IMG/VR virus record: IMGVR_UViG_3300048080_000299
Coordinates: 1 to 25,748 of that record
From: a virus
Lineage: Duplodnaviria > Caudoviricetes
Strand: one strand, 5' to 3'
Length of the DNA stretch: 25,748 bases
Shown here: positions 1 through 8,739 of the stretch, in pieces
Numbering within the stretch: the first letter of the stretch is position 1
Layout: each line of letters begins with the position of its first letter
Program-made: the position numbers and the translations under genes
The notes under the pieces: generated by a model
What the model was told of the DNA's origin: nothing
The model's input: the letters and a program-made list of their open reading frames with translations, nothing else
Database searches by the model: none

Positions 1-58
1 ATCCAACGCTTTTGGCGCCAGATTTTTCACACTCCCCTCATGGATCCTAGGCCCTCCC

Positions 59-427
59 ATGGGACTGCGAGGCCGGTTGCCCGTGTTGGGTGCGCTGAGA
101 GTCGTGCGAGGCCAGCGGAAGCGGAAGGCCTCCGCCGTGCGATTGCCGGCGACCCCGCGGGCCACGCTCAAGGGGCAGATCGCGGAGCTCCGGCGGGTGG
201 GGATCGCGCTGCTCAAGAAGGCGGAGAAAAAGCCGACGATCTACACCAAGAGCAATGGGGAACAGATCAGCCCGACCCTCCGGGCGGCCCTGGAGTGTTT
301 GGAAGCGGCCGATCGCTGCGAGGGTCGGTTCGTTCGCCGGATGGATGGCGACCGAGCCAGCGCGGGGACCCAGCGTGAACCGAAGGACGAGCTCGATGCC
401 TTCCGCAAGAAAAAGACGGCGCGCTGA
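59..427 (+). CDS. terS: Terminase small subunit (P27-like, divergent)
   Basis: Directly upstream of terL; N-terminus MGLRGRLP..ALRVVRG resembles the P27-type MGxRGxxPxxxxLxxxxG start; C-terminal DELDAF followed by a basic tail. Confidence 0.65.
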   Translation: MGLRGRLPVLGALRVVRGQRKRKASAVRLPATPRATLKGQIAELRRVGIALLKKAEKKPTIYTKSNGEQISPTLRAALECLEAADRCEGRFVRRMDGDRASAGTQREPKDELDAFRKKKTAR

Positions 428-2147
428 GCCTGGGGGGCCGGTGACGGCCTATGCGCGGGCGGTGACGGCCGGGAAGATCCTGGCGGGGCGCCCCGTGCGC
501 CTGGCCTGCACCCGGCACCTGACGGACCTGAAGCGGGGGCACGAACGGGGGCTCTGGTTCGACGACAAGGCCGCCGCCCATGTCCTCGACTTCTTCCCCC
601 GGTTTCTCCGTCTGGCGGAGGGGGCCTTCGCGGGCGAGCCCTTCCGACTCGAGCCCTGGCAGCAGTTCATCGTGGGCTCACTCTTCGGCTGGAAGGGCAA
701 GGATGGGCATCGGCGGTTCCGGACCGCCTACATCGAGGTCGGGAAGGGCAACGGCAAATCCCCCCTCGCTGCGGGCGTGGGGCTCTATGGGCTCCAATGT
801 GACGACGAAGCAAGTGCCGAGATCTACTCGGCCGCCGTCACGCGGGACCAGGCGGCGATCCTCTTCACCGACGCGAAGAAAATGGCGGAAGCCTCGCCGG
901 CGCTCCGGGGAGAGCTCGCCATCACCCGGAGCAACATCGCCTTCCTTGAGGCCCGCTCCTACTTCCGTCCCGTGTCCTCGGAGGCCCGGGCCCTGGACGG
1001 CAAGCGCGTCCACATGGCGCTGATCGACGAGATCCACGAGCACCGCTCCGCCCTGGTGGTGGACAAGATGCGCGCGGGGACCAAGGGCCGGCGCCAGGCG
1101 TTGATCTTCGAGATCACCAACGCAGGGTACGACCGCCACTCCGTTTGCTGGCAGCACCACGAGTATTCCCTGAAGATCCTCGAGGGCGTGGTCGAAGATG
1201 ACGGCTGGTTTGCCTATCTTTGCCAACTCGACCCCTGCGAGCCCTGCCGGGCCGCGGGCTACCTCATGCCGAGCGAGACGTGTAAGACGTGCGACGATTG
1301 GCGGGACCGGCGCGTGTGGCCGAAGGCGAATCCGAACCTCGGGGTCTCAGTACCCGAGCGCTACCTGGCGGAGCTCGTCCGGGAAGCCGAAGGGATGCCC
1401 TCGAAGCAGAACATCGTCAAGCGGCTGAACTTCTGCCTCTGGACCGAATCGGCCACCCGCTGGCTCCCCAGCGATCAGTGGGCGGCCTGCGGGGGCGCGG
1501 TGGATCCCGAAACCCTCCGGGGCCGGACCTGCTATGGAGGGCTGGACCTGGCGACGACCACGGATCTGGCGGCCTTCGTCCTGCTGTTCCCCCCGGAAGG
1601 AGAGGAGACGACCTGGGTGGTCCTCACGCGCGCCTGGGTGCCTCAGGAGACGATTCAGCGGCGGAGCCGGCAGGATCGGGTGCCCTATGATGTCTGGGCC
1701 CAGCAGGGAGTCCTGGAGGCCACCGAAGGGAACGTGGTGGACTATGACGTCATCCGGGAGCGGATCCGGCAGGATGCCGAGACGTACCGAATCGTCGAGA
1801 TCGGCTTCGACCGCTGGAACTCCTCCCAGCTGGTAACGCAGCTCCAGGGGGATGGGGCGACGATGAAGCCGGTCGGCCAGGGCTTCGCCTCGATGAACGC
1901 GCCGGCCCGGGAGTTCGAGAAGCTGGTGGCGGGGCGGGCGTTCCGCCATGGGGGGCATCCGGTCCTGGCGTGGTGCGCGGCGAACGTCTGCGTGGAGCAG
2001 GACGCCGCGGGGAACATCAAGCCATCGAAGCGGAAGTCCACGGAGCGCATCGATCTGGTCGTCGCCCTCGTGATGGCCCTGGAGCGGGCGATGGGACAGG
2101 GCCAAGGGCCGAGCGTCTATGAGTCTCACGGGGTCCTCGCGCTATGA
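396..2147 (+). CDS. terL: Terminase large subunit (Terminase_1/HK97-like)
   Basis: LEPWQ motif, RRFR, Walker A GKGNGKS, Walker B LIDEIHEH, ITNAG coupling motif, WPKANPNLG, nuclease GLDLA..TD, C-terminal RIDLVVA; start placed at ATG 396 after GAAGGA (GTG 441 is an alternative). Confidence 0.96.
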   Translation: MPSARKRRRAEPGGPVTAYARAVTAGKILAGRPVRLACTRHLTDLKRGHERGLWFDDKAAAHVLDFFPRFLRLAEGAFAGEPFRLEPWQQFIVGSLFGWKGKDGHRRFRTAYIEVGKGNGKSPLAAGVGLYGLQCDDEASAEIYSAAVTRDQAAILFTDAKKMAEASPALRGELAITRSNIAFLEARSYFRPVSSEARALDGKRVHMALIDEIHEHRSALVVDKMRAGTKGRRQALIFEITNAGYDRHSVCWQHHEYSLKILEGVVEDDGWFAYLCQLDPCEPCRAAGYLMPSETCKTCDDWRDRRVWPKANPNLGVSVPERYLAELVREAEGMPSKQNIVKRLNFCLWTESATRWLPSDQWAACGGAVDPETLRGRTCYGGLDLATTTDLAAFVLLFPPEGEETTWVVLTRAWVPQETIQRRSRQDRVPYDVWAQQGVLEATEGNVVDYDVIRERIRQDAETYRIVEIGFDRWNSSQLVTQLQGDGATMKPVGQGFASMNAPAREFEKLVAGRAFRHGGHPVLAWCAANVCVEQDAAGNIKPSKRKSTERIDLVVALVMALERAMGQGQGPSVYESHGVLAL

Positions 2148-2305
2148 AAGGTCTGCTGCCTGACCTGCTTCTGGTGGTGGGGGCGCTAGCCGTTGTCGTG
2201 GGGGTCGCGCTGATCCATGTGCCCTCGGCCGTGATCGTCGTCGGCGCGGCCCTCCTGGGGTTCGGCCTGCTCATTGTGAGGGGAACGCATGGGCGTGCTG
2301 GCTGA
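2144..2305 (+). CDS. Small two-TM membrane protein between terL and portal (53 aa; not in ORF track)
   Basis: ATGA overlap with terL stop; MKGLLPDLLLVVGALAVVVGVALIHVPSAVIVVGAALLGFGLLIVRGTHGRAG; small hydrophobic ORFs are common at this position in HK97-like phages. Confidence 0.7.
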   Translation: MKGLLPDLLLVVGALAVVVGVALIHVPSAVIVVGAALLGFGLLIVRGTHGRAG

Positions 2306-4112
2306 AGCGTTGCGGTCGTATTGGCTGACCGGGGATAAGGCCCTGACTGCCCTCTCCGGTGGCCCGACGCGCGCCGGCGTGATCGTCAACGAGCACACGG
2401 CGCTGAATCTTTCGGCCGTCTGGGCCGCCGTGACGGTCATTTCGGGGACGGTCGCCTCCCTGCCACTTCTTCTTTACAAGCGGCTCCCGAACGGCGGAAA
2501 GGAGCGCTTCGTGGACCATCCGGTCTACAGGATGCTCCACGACGAGCCCAACCCGGAGATGACCTCGATGGTGTTCCGGGAAACCCTCCAGGCCCATGTC
2601 CTCCTGTGGGGCAACGCCTATGCGGAGATCCAGCGCGACCAGGCCGGACGCCCCGTCGCGCTCTGGCCGCTCTCCCCCCAGCAGGTGGAGCCGTTCCGCG
2701 ACAAGGAGACGCGCGCGCTCCGCTACCGCGTGACGAACGAGATCGGCCGCCAGGTGGTCGTGGACGCCGAGCGGATCCTCCATGTCCCGGGCCTGGGCTT
2801 CGATGGCATCGTCGGCTACTCGGTCGTGCGGAAGGCGCGAGAGTCCCTCGGCCTGGCGCTGGCGACTGAGACGTTCGGGGCGACGTTCTTCGGCAATGGC
2901 GCCTGGCCCGGGCTGGTGGCCCAGCATCCCGGGAAGCTCAGCGATCCCGCCGCCAAGCGGCTCAAGGACTCGCTGAACGAGGCCCTTCAGGGCCCCACGC
3001 GCGCGCACAATCTCATCGTGACCGAAGAAGGCATCAAGGTCGAGAAGATGGGGATTCCGCCGGACGATGCCCAATTCCTCGAGACCCGGGCTTTTCAAAT
3101 TGTCGAAATCGCGCGCTGGTTCAATCTGCCGCCCCACAAGCTCCGGGATCTGTCGAGAGCCACCTTCTCCAACATCGAACATCAGGGCATCGACTTCGTC
3201 GTCGATCTCCGGCTCTGGTTCGTCCGCTGGGAGCAGGAATTGAATCGCAAGCTCATTCGCCCGCTCGAGCGGAAGATCCAGTTCGTCGAGCACTTGGTCG
3301 ATGGGTTGCTGCGCGGCGACAGCGCCAGCCGCACCGCGATTTACGCGAGCGGGCGACAATGGGGCTGGCTCTCGGCCGACGACATCCGTGAGCGGGAGAA
3401 CCTGAACCCACTTCCCGACGGCCAGGGCCAGATCTACCTCATTCCGCAGAATATGATCCCGGCGGACCAGGCCGACGCGCTGATCGACGCGGATCCGCCC
3501 CCGCCGCCAGCACTCGAGCCGGCTCCGCCGGACGACGACGACGACGACGATGACCGCACGCTGGCGGCGCTGGGGGAGCTCCGGGAGCAGATCGACCGGC
3601 TGGCGCTTCCGGCGCCGAGCCCGGAGCAGCCTCCAACCGATGAGGCGCTCGGTGACCGCCTGGTGCAGCGGATCGACGCCGCTGAGCAGCGGATCCGGGA
3701 GCAGATCGACGCAGCCGGGAAGCCCGCCGGGGAGCTCGCCGAGCGGCTGGCGACCGATCGCCAGCTGCGGGACTGGCAACAGGCGATGATCGCCACGATC
3801 GCGGGCCGTCTTGTGCGGCGCGAACTGAAGGCGATTCGCAACCCCAAACGTGGCGCCGAACGCCTGGCGGCCTTCTACGCCCGCTTCGCCGCCGATGGCG
3901 TGGCGGAGCTTCGGCCCTGGTTGCTCCGCATGTCACCGGAACCGGCCCTGGCCGCGAAGGTCGAAGGTCTTCTGTCAGCCTGGGCGGCGGACGCGCTGTG
4001 CGAGTGTCAAGAAGCCATTCGTACCGGGAGCCTCGACGTGATCCACCGTCGCTGGGAAGTCGATCGCGAGGAGTCGCTGACGACATTGCTGATGGAGGCC
4101 ATCCATGGATGA
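2289..4112 (+). CDS. HK97-family portal protein with ~215-aa C-terminal extension
   Basis: ALNLSAVWAAV, PNPEMT, LLWGNAYAEI, ILHVPGLGFDGIVGYS, DAQFLETR..IARWFNLPP..L, TFSNIEHQ, IRERENLNP. Confidence 0.95.
   Translation: MGVLAEALRSYWLTGDKALTALSGGPTRAGVIVNEHTALNLSAVWAAVTVISGTVASLPLLLYKRLPNGGKERFVDHPVYRMLHDEPNPEMTSMVFRETLQAHVLLWGNAYAEIQRDQAGRPVALWPLSPQQVEPFRDKETRALRYRVTNEIGRQVVVDAERILHVPGLGFDGIVGYSVVRKARESLGLALATETFGATFFGNGAWPGLVAQHPGKLSDPAAKRLKDSLNEALQGPTRAHNLIVTEEGIKVEKMGIPPDDAQFLETRAFQIVEIARWFNLPPHKLRDLSRATFSNIEHQGIDFVVDLRLWFVRWEQELNRKLIRPLERKIQFVEHLVDGLLRGDSASRTAIYASGRQWGWLSADDIRERENLNPLPDGQGQIYLIPQNMIPADQADALIDADPPPPPALEPAPPDDDDDDDDRTLAALGELREQIDRLALPAPSPEQPPTDEALGDRLVQRIDAAEQRIREQIDAAGKPAGELAERLATDRQLRDWQQAMIATIAGRLVRRELKAIRNPKRGAERLAAFYARFAADGVAELRPWLLRMSPEPALAAKVEGLLSAWAADALCECQEAIRTGSLDVIHRRWEVDREESLTTLLMEAIHG
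3531..3554 (+). repeat. (GAC)6-GAT-GAC trinucleotide tract encoding poly-Asp (8 D) in the portal linker
   Basis: gacgacgacgacgacgacgatgac, following a Pro-rich stretch. Confidence 0.9.
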
Positions 4113-4725
4113 CATCGAGATTCGGGTCTGTACGGCCGGCGATCTCCGAATCGAGACGCGCGGCCTTTCCAAGGTGGTCCGGGGCTACGCCATCGTGTTC
4201 AATAAACTGTCGGAGCCGCTGGGCTTCTTCAGCGAGTTCCGCGAGCAGATCGACCCGTCGGCCATGGACCGGACCCTGAAGGAGAAGGTGGACCTCCGAG
4301 CGCTCGTGGACCATGATTCGGCGCGGATCCTCGGCCGCCTGACGGCCGGCACCTTGCGGGTCGAAAAGGATGGGCATGGGCTCCAGGTGGAGATCGATCC
4401 ACCGGAGACGACGAGCGGCCAGGACATCGTCGAGTCGATCCGGCGCCGCGACGTGACGGGTATGTCGTTCGCATTTCGCACCCTGAAGGATATGTGGGAC
4501 GAGACCACGGATCCGCCGACTCGGACAGTCTTGGACATGCTGGTCCGGGAAGTCAGCGTCGTGACCTTCCCGGCCTATCCTCAGACGGAGGTCGCCCTCC
4601 GAGCCTTGCGCGCCCTTCAGGGGCAGAAGGGGAGCCGTGCCGTCCGGCCGGCGACCGTGGCGGAGCGGCTGAAGTGGACGGCCGAAAAAGGTCTTGACAC
4701 GAAATCCTCGCGCGTGACAGAGTGA
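4105..4725 (+). CDS. HK97-family prohead protease (peptidase S78-like)
   Basis: GYAIVFN..S, FREQI, ALVDHD...ILGR, GMSFAF (catalytic Ser region), EVSVVTFPAYPQT. Confidence 0.94.
   Translation: MDDIEIRVCTAGDLRIETRGLSKVVRGYAIVFNKLSEPLGFFSEFREQIDPSAMDRTLKEKVDLRALVDHDSARILGRLTAGTLRVEKDGHGLQVEIDPPETTSGQDIVESIRRRDVTGMSFAFRTLKDMWDETTDPPTRTVLDMLVREVSVVTFPAYPQTEVALRALRALQGQKGSRAVRPATVAERLKWTAEKGLDTKSSRVTE
4694..4723 (+). promoter_or_regulatory. Putative sigma70-type internal promoter upstream of the capsid leader
   Basis: TTGACA (4694-4699), 18-bp spacer, extended -10-like TGn-CAGAGT (4715-4723), at the end of the protease gene. Confidence 0.5.
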
Positions 4726-4737
4726 CGTTGTAAGTGT

Positions 4738-4893
4738 GTTCCGTGCCAGGCGGCCCTATAGGAGCCGCAAGGCATGGAATGACGCCGACACGCTGAGCTC
4801 CTGGAAAGCGGGCTCCGTGCAGTCGGACGGACCAATTCAACGGTTCGCCGATGGCGCGGGGCCCGTTTTCATTTTCGGGCTCCCCGCCACCGG
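4738..4893 (+). ncRNA. Candidate structured RNA / 5' leader of the major capsid gene (four consecutive hairpins)
   Basis: Manually found stems at 4738-4780, 4785-4826 (GGAA tetraloop), 4828-4847 and 4848-4893; occupies the only large intergenic gap in the structural operon. Confidence 0.5.
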
Positions 4894-4916
4894 CTGGACC
4901 CCAGGGGAGAGCACCG

Positions 4917-6278
4917 ATGACGACCAAGGAGCTCCGCGAGAAGCGGGCCCAGCTGGCTGAGCAGGCCGCTTCGATCCTGAAGAAGGCTCACGACGACAAG
5001 CGCGAGGTCCTGAAGCCCGAGGAAGAGCAGGAGTGGCAGCGGCTTCACGACGACATCGACGCGCTGAAGCGTCATATCGACAAGCTGGAGCGCCAGGCCG
5101 AGATCGACAAACAGCTGGCGGATCCGCAGCCGCGCATCATCGAGCCCGGCGCCCCCCACATCGAGGACCGTCCCGGCTCCAGTGCGGCCATGCGCCGCCT
5201 CCAGATGGGGCAGGAGGACGCCACCCGCGCCCTCCGGGCCTGGTTCCTCGCCTCCCCGACCAGCGGCTACGTCCTGACCGAAGAGGACCGCGCCGTCGCC
5301 CAGCGGGTCGGCATCAACCTCCTGTCCAAGCAGCTCGACCTTCGCTTCTCCACCCTGCCCATGCGGTCGCTCTACGAGAAGCGGGAGTGGGACTATCGCG
5401 CGCAGGGCGTGGCCACGGGTGGGGCCGGCGGGTTCGTGGTGCCCGACGAAGTGATGCGGGCGCTCGAAATCTCGCTGCTGACCTTCGGCGGGATGCGCGC
5501 CCGCTGCACGATCATTCGCACCGAGGGCGGCGCGGCGCTGCCCTGGCCGACCGTCAACGACACCACTCAGGTCGGCGCGCTGCTGGCGGAGAACGTGGCG
5601 GCGGCGGAGCAGGACGTGACCTTCGCCCAGCTCGTGCTGGACGCCTACAAGTACAGCTCCAAGCTGATCCGCGTCAGCGCCGAGTTTCTCCAGGACGCCT
5701 CGATCAACGTGGGGGCGGTGCTCGGCGAGCTGCTCGGCACGCGCATCGGCCGGATCACGAACACTCATTTCACCACGGGGACCGGCACGGCCCAGCCCAA
5801 CGGCATCGTGACAGCGACAGGGGCCGGCTTCACTGCCCCGAACGCCGATGCCCAGGTCACGACCTGGAAGTATTCCAGCATCGTCGAGACCGAGCACTCC
5901 GTCGATCCGGCCTATCGCTCGGGTGCGGCGTGGATGATGCACGACAGCTCGGTCAAGAAGACGAAGCTGATCGTGGACACGACGGGTCGGCCGATCTGGG
6001 CGGCGGGGATCGCCTCCGCTGCACCCGATACCCTCATGGGCTACCCGATCGTCGTCAACCAGGACGTCGCCGTGATGGCCGCCAGCGCCAAGAGCGTGCT
6101 GTTCGGCGACCTGTCGAAGTACCTCATCCGGGATGTGCTCGGTATCACGCTCCTGCGGCTCGAGGAGCGGTACGCGGAGTTCCACCAGGTCGCCTTCCTG
6201 GCCTTCTCGCGCCACGACGCCGATCTGCTGAACGCGGGCACGGCCCCGGTCAAGCAGTTCGTCAACGCGGCGTCCTAA
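4917..6278 (+). CDS. HK97-fold major capsid protein with N-terminal coiled-coil delta (scaffold) domain
   Basis: GGGGAG RBS then MTTKELREKRAQL; GGAGGFVVP, VSAEFLQD, GTGTAQPNGI, WMMH, TLMGYPIVVN, VLFGDLSKY. Confidence 0.96.
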   Translation: MTTKELREKRAQLAEQAASILKKAHDDKREVLKPEEEQEWQRLHDDIDALKRHIDKLERQAEIDKQLADPQPRIIEPGAPHIEDRPGSSAAMRRLQMGQEDATRALRAWFLASPTSGYVLTEEDRAVAQRVGINLLSKQLDLRFSTLPMRSLYEKREWDYRAQGVATGGAGGFVVPDEVMRALEISLLTFGGMRARCTIIRTEGGAALPWPTVNDTTQVGALLAENVAAAEQDVTFAQLVLDAYKYSSKLIRVSAEFLQDASINVGAVLGELLGTRIGRITNTHFTTGTGTAQPNGIVTATGAGFTAPNADAQVTTWKYSSIVETEHSVDPAYRSGAAWMMHDSSVKKTKLIVDTTGRPIWAAGIASAAPDTLMGYPIVVNQDVAVMAASAKSVLFGDLSKYLIRDVLGITLLRLEERYAEFHQVAFLAFSRHDADLLNAGTAPVKQFVNAAS

Positions 6279-6290
6279 AGGAGGGGGTCT

Positions 6291-6482
6291 ATGAAGGTGC
6301 GGATGCTGCGCCACGTGACCTCGTACGTCCAGGTGCGTGACCTGGAACCGGGTCAGATCTACGACATCAACGACGATCGCGCGGAGCAGTTCATCGCCAA
6401 CGGGATGGCCGAGCCGATCGCGGAGGAGCACGCCGGCGTGCTGGAAGCGGCGGCCTTGCGCGAACCCCGGCGCCGCGGCTAG
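6291..6482 (+). CDS. Small phage protein following MCP (63 aa)
   Basis: Strong RBS AAGGAGG; MKVRML...PGQIYDINDDRAEQFIANGMAE pattern seen in small post-capsid proteins. Confidence 0.7.
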   Translation: MKVRMLRHVTSYVQVRDLEPGQIYDINDDRAEQFIANGMAEPIAEEHAGVLEAAALREPRRRG

Positions 6483-6493
6483 GAGGTCCCAAC

Positions 6494-6934
6494 ATGCAAT
6501 TGCTCTCGGATGACGTCAAGGTCGTCCAGGCGATCACCATCACCGCCGGGGCTGCGGGCCTCACGGCCATCAACGGCACGGTGATCGACACGGCTGGCTA
6601 CGATGGGGTCCTCTTCGTCGTCCAGTTCGGCGCCATCGTGGCCCTCGCCGTCACCTCGATCAAGGCGCAGCAGGACGTTGTCGTCGGCATGGGCGCCGCG
6701 GCCGACCTCGCCGGCACCAACCAGGTCGTGGCCGACACCGACGATGACAAGATCTTCTACATCGACATCAAGCGCCCCCTGGAGCAGTTCGTCCGCCTCG
6801 TGGTCTCGCGGGCGACGGCGAACGCGACCCTGGCGGCGATGGCCTATCTCTATCGCAGCCGCTCCCGGCCGGTCGCCCATGGCACCGGGGTCGCCGGCGA
6901 GAAGTTCGCCAGCCCGATTGAGGGCACGGCCTAA
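6494..6934 (+). CDS. Putative capsid cement/decoration protein (beta-rich)
   Basis: AGGAGG RBS; NGTVIDTAGYDGVLF...IKAQ...DLAG...FVRLVV beta-strand pattern; position just after MCP. Confidence 0.65.
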   Translation: MQLLSDDVKVVQAITITAGAAGLTAINGTVIDTAGYDGVLFVVQFGAIVALAVTSIKAQQDVVVGMGAAADLAGTNQVVADTDDDKIFYIDIKRPLEQFVRLVVSRATANATLAAMAYLYRSRSRPVAHGTGVAGEKFASPIEGTA

Positions 6935-7143
6935 TGGGTCGGCGCCTGATCGAGCGGAAGACCTGCGAGGCCTGCGGCCAGCGGATCGACGTAACCGACG
7001 ATGGCGTCGAGCACGGGCATGTCGGGCACGCCGGCGTGGCGGGGGCGACCGAGGCGTCCCTGCCTGCGGCACCTCCGGTTGAGGAAGCGGGGCCCGTCGC
7101 CACCGTGACCGATCTCAGCGACTCGGCGCCGCCCGGACCATGA
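6934..7143 (+). CDS. Hypothetical 69-aa protein with CxxC and His cluster, Pro/Ala-rich tail
   Basis: TAATG overlap with the upstream stop; fills the gap before the adaptor gene; CEAC...HGHVGH. Confidence 0.5.
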   Translation: MGRRLIERKTCEACGQRIDVTDDGVEHGHVGHAGVAGATEASLPAAPPVEEAGPVATVTDLSDSAPPGP

Positions 7144-7147
7144 CGCC

Positions 7148-7777
7148 ATGGCGCTCCCGGCGAACGCCATCGTCAGCCTCGCGGAGGCGAAAGAGTTCCT
7201 GAACGTCAAGTCGGCCGAGCAAGATGCTTTGCTCGAAACGGTTATTCTGGGGGCCACCGCCGCCTGGGAAAACGAGCTCAACCGCCCGGTCAAGGAAGCC
7301 ACCTATACCAATCTCCGGCTGATCGGCCCGCAGGGGCCGAAGCTCTATCTCCGCGGGACGCCCGTCAAGCTCGCGGATCCGTTGACCGTCAAGCTCGCTG
7401 GCACCGTGCAGACCGTGTGGAAGAGTGAAACGGATGGCGACCCGGCGGATTTTGACGTCCTCCTCATGGACGATGTCCCGGAAAGCCCCCTGGGGGTCCG
7501 CACGCATCTCTATCGAGTGGGTGGCTGGAATGGGACGCGATCCGGGCATCCCTACGTGGTGCTCCTGACCTATACGGGGGGATTCAATCCCGTGCCCCAG
7601 GACTTGAAGGATGCCGTGCTCTATCTGGTGCAAAAGCTCTTCCGGGATCGGCAGAAGCAGTTGGCGGATGTGCAAACCGTGAACCTTCCCACCGGCGCGA
7701 TCACCCTCTTCGACATCGCGCTGCCCCGTTGGGCGCTCCGGGTGCTCGATAAGTACCGCTGGATCCCCGTGGGCTGA
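7148..7777 (+). CDS. Head-tail connector/adaptor (HK97 gp6/SPP1 gp15-like) with inserted beta domain
   Basis: VSLAEAKEFLNV..QDALL..I..AT...E..LNR; YTGGF..VPQDLKDAVL.LV; LP.....VLDKYR. Confidence 0.85.
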   Translation: MALPANAIVSLAEAKEFLNVKSAEQDALLETVILGATAAWENELNRPVKEATYTNLRLIGPQGPKLYLRGTPVKLADPLTVKLAGTVQTVWKSETDGDPADFDVLLMDDVPESPLGVRTHLYRVGGWNGTRSGHPYVVLLTYTGGFNPVPQDLKDAVLYLVQKLFRDRQKQLADVQTVNLPTGAITLFDIALPRWALRVLDKYRWIPVG

Positions 7778-8241
7778 TGGCGACGACCTTCGAGGTTCGC
7801 ACGACGATCCCCCGGTTGCCGAGCGGCAATGCGCTCCGATCCGGCCTCCTGATCGGCCTGCGCCGATGGTTCCAGCTCGCCCAGAGTCGCGCGCGCGCGC
7901 TGGCCCCGATCGCGGGCGGCACGCTCCGGAGTCAGATCCGCGCTCGGGTGTTTTTCCGGGGCGACCGGATCATCGGCAGCCTAAGCCGCGGGCGGGCCTT
8001 CTACGGAGCCATCCTCGAGAAGGGCGTGCCTCATGCCTGGGAGGTGAAGCCGAAACACGCCTGGGCGCTCCGGTTCAGCGTCGGGGGCCAAGTCATCTAT
8101 GCGATGAAGGTCCGGCATCCAGGCTTCCGCGCCCGGCCGCATTTCGGCCCCACGCTGGCCACGGGCCGCCCGGAGTTGGTGCCCCAGCTCACGCGCGGAC
8201 TGGAGGAAGCCTTCCAGCCCAAGGCGGGAGAGGCCCCGTGA
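7777..8241 (+). CDS. HK97 gp10-like neck/tail-completion protein
   Basis: ARALAPIAGGTLRSQI, FYGAILEKG, HPGFRARPHF; highly basic. Confidence 0.8.
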   Translation: MATTFEVRTTIPRLPSGNALRSGLLIGLRRWFQLAQSRARALAPIAGGTLRSQIRARVFFRGDRIIGSLSRGRAFYGAILEKGVPHAWEVKPKHAWALRFSVGGQVIYAMKVRHPGFRARPHFGPTLATGRPELVPQLTRGLEEAFQPKAGEAP

Positions 8242-8244
8242 TCC

Positions 8245-8724
8245 ATGCCCGAACCCCTCCGGGACCAGGCGCTCGACAAGCTCGTGGAGACTCTCCAGGG
8301 GTTGACGGGAGCGCGATCCTGGGGGGGGGCCTATCCCACCCTCCCGCGGGTCAGCCGCGTCTATCAGCCCATCGAGACCGTTCAGGAGTTCCCGCATCTG
8401 ATCGTCGTGGAAGCCTCGGGTTCGCGCCTGCGCCTCAGCACGACGGCGGGGGGGGACGCGGGCTTCGAGGATACCTTCCGCGTGGTCGTCTACGGCTACG
8501 TCCTGGGCGATGACGTGACCTCGCGGAGCCGGTGGATCCAGCGGCTCCAGCTCGATGTCATCGAGACGCTACTCAAGAAGCAGACGCTCGGCGGGTTGAT
8601 CCGAGGTCTCGTGCCCGAAGAAGACCTCACCGATGAGGGGGTGCTCGAAGAGATCCGCTCCGGGCTCGGGCTCTTCGGCCAGTTTTTCACGGTCGTGATC
8701 GACCAGACCTTCGCGGTCGAATAG
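8245..8724 (+). CDS. Putative tail terminator (gpU-like)
   Basis: Position before tail tube; RDQAL..L...LQGL start, FP.LIV, acidic C-terminus. Confidence 0.65.
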   Translation: MPEPLRDQALDKLVETLQGLTGARSWGGAYPTLPRVSRVYQPIETVQEFPHLIVVEASGSRLRLSTTAGGDAGFEDTFRVVVYGYVLGDDVTSRSRWIQRLQLDVIETLLKKQTLGGLIRGLVPEEDLTDEGVLEEIRSGLGLFGQFFTVVIDQTFAVE

Positions 8725-8739
8725 GAGGAGGGCGGACCC

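Noticed and set aside
1-58. cos/packaging site upstream of terS (TGGCGCCA palindrome flanked by T-runs)
   Set aside because: Position is plausible but upstream context is missing and the motif is too short to support a call
4828-4847. tRNA T-arm-like hairpin (loop containing TTCAA)
   Set aside because: 8-nt loop, and no acceptor stem or cloverleaf; treated as part of the capsid leader
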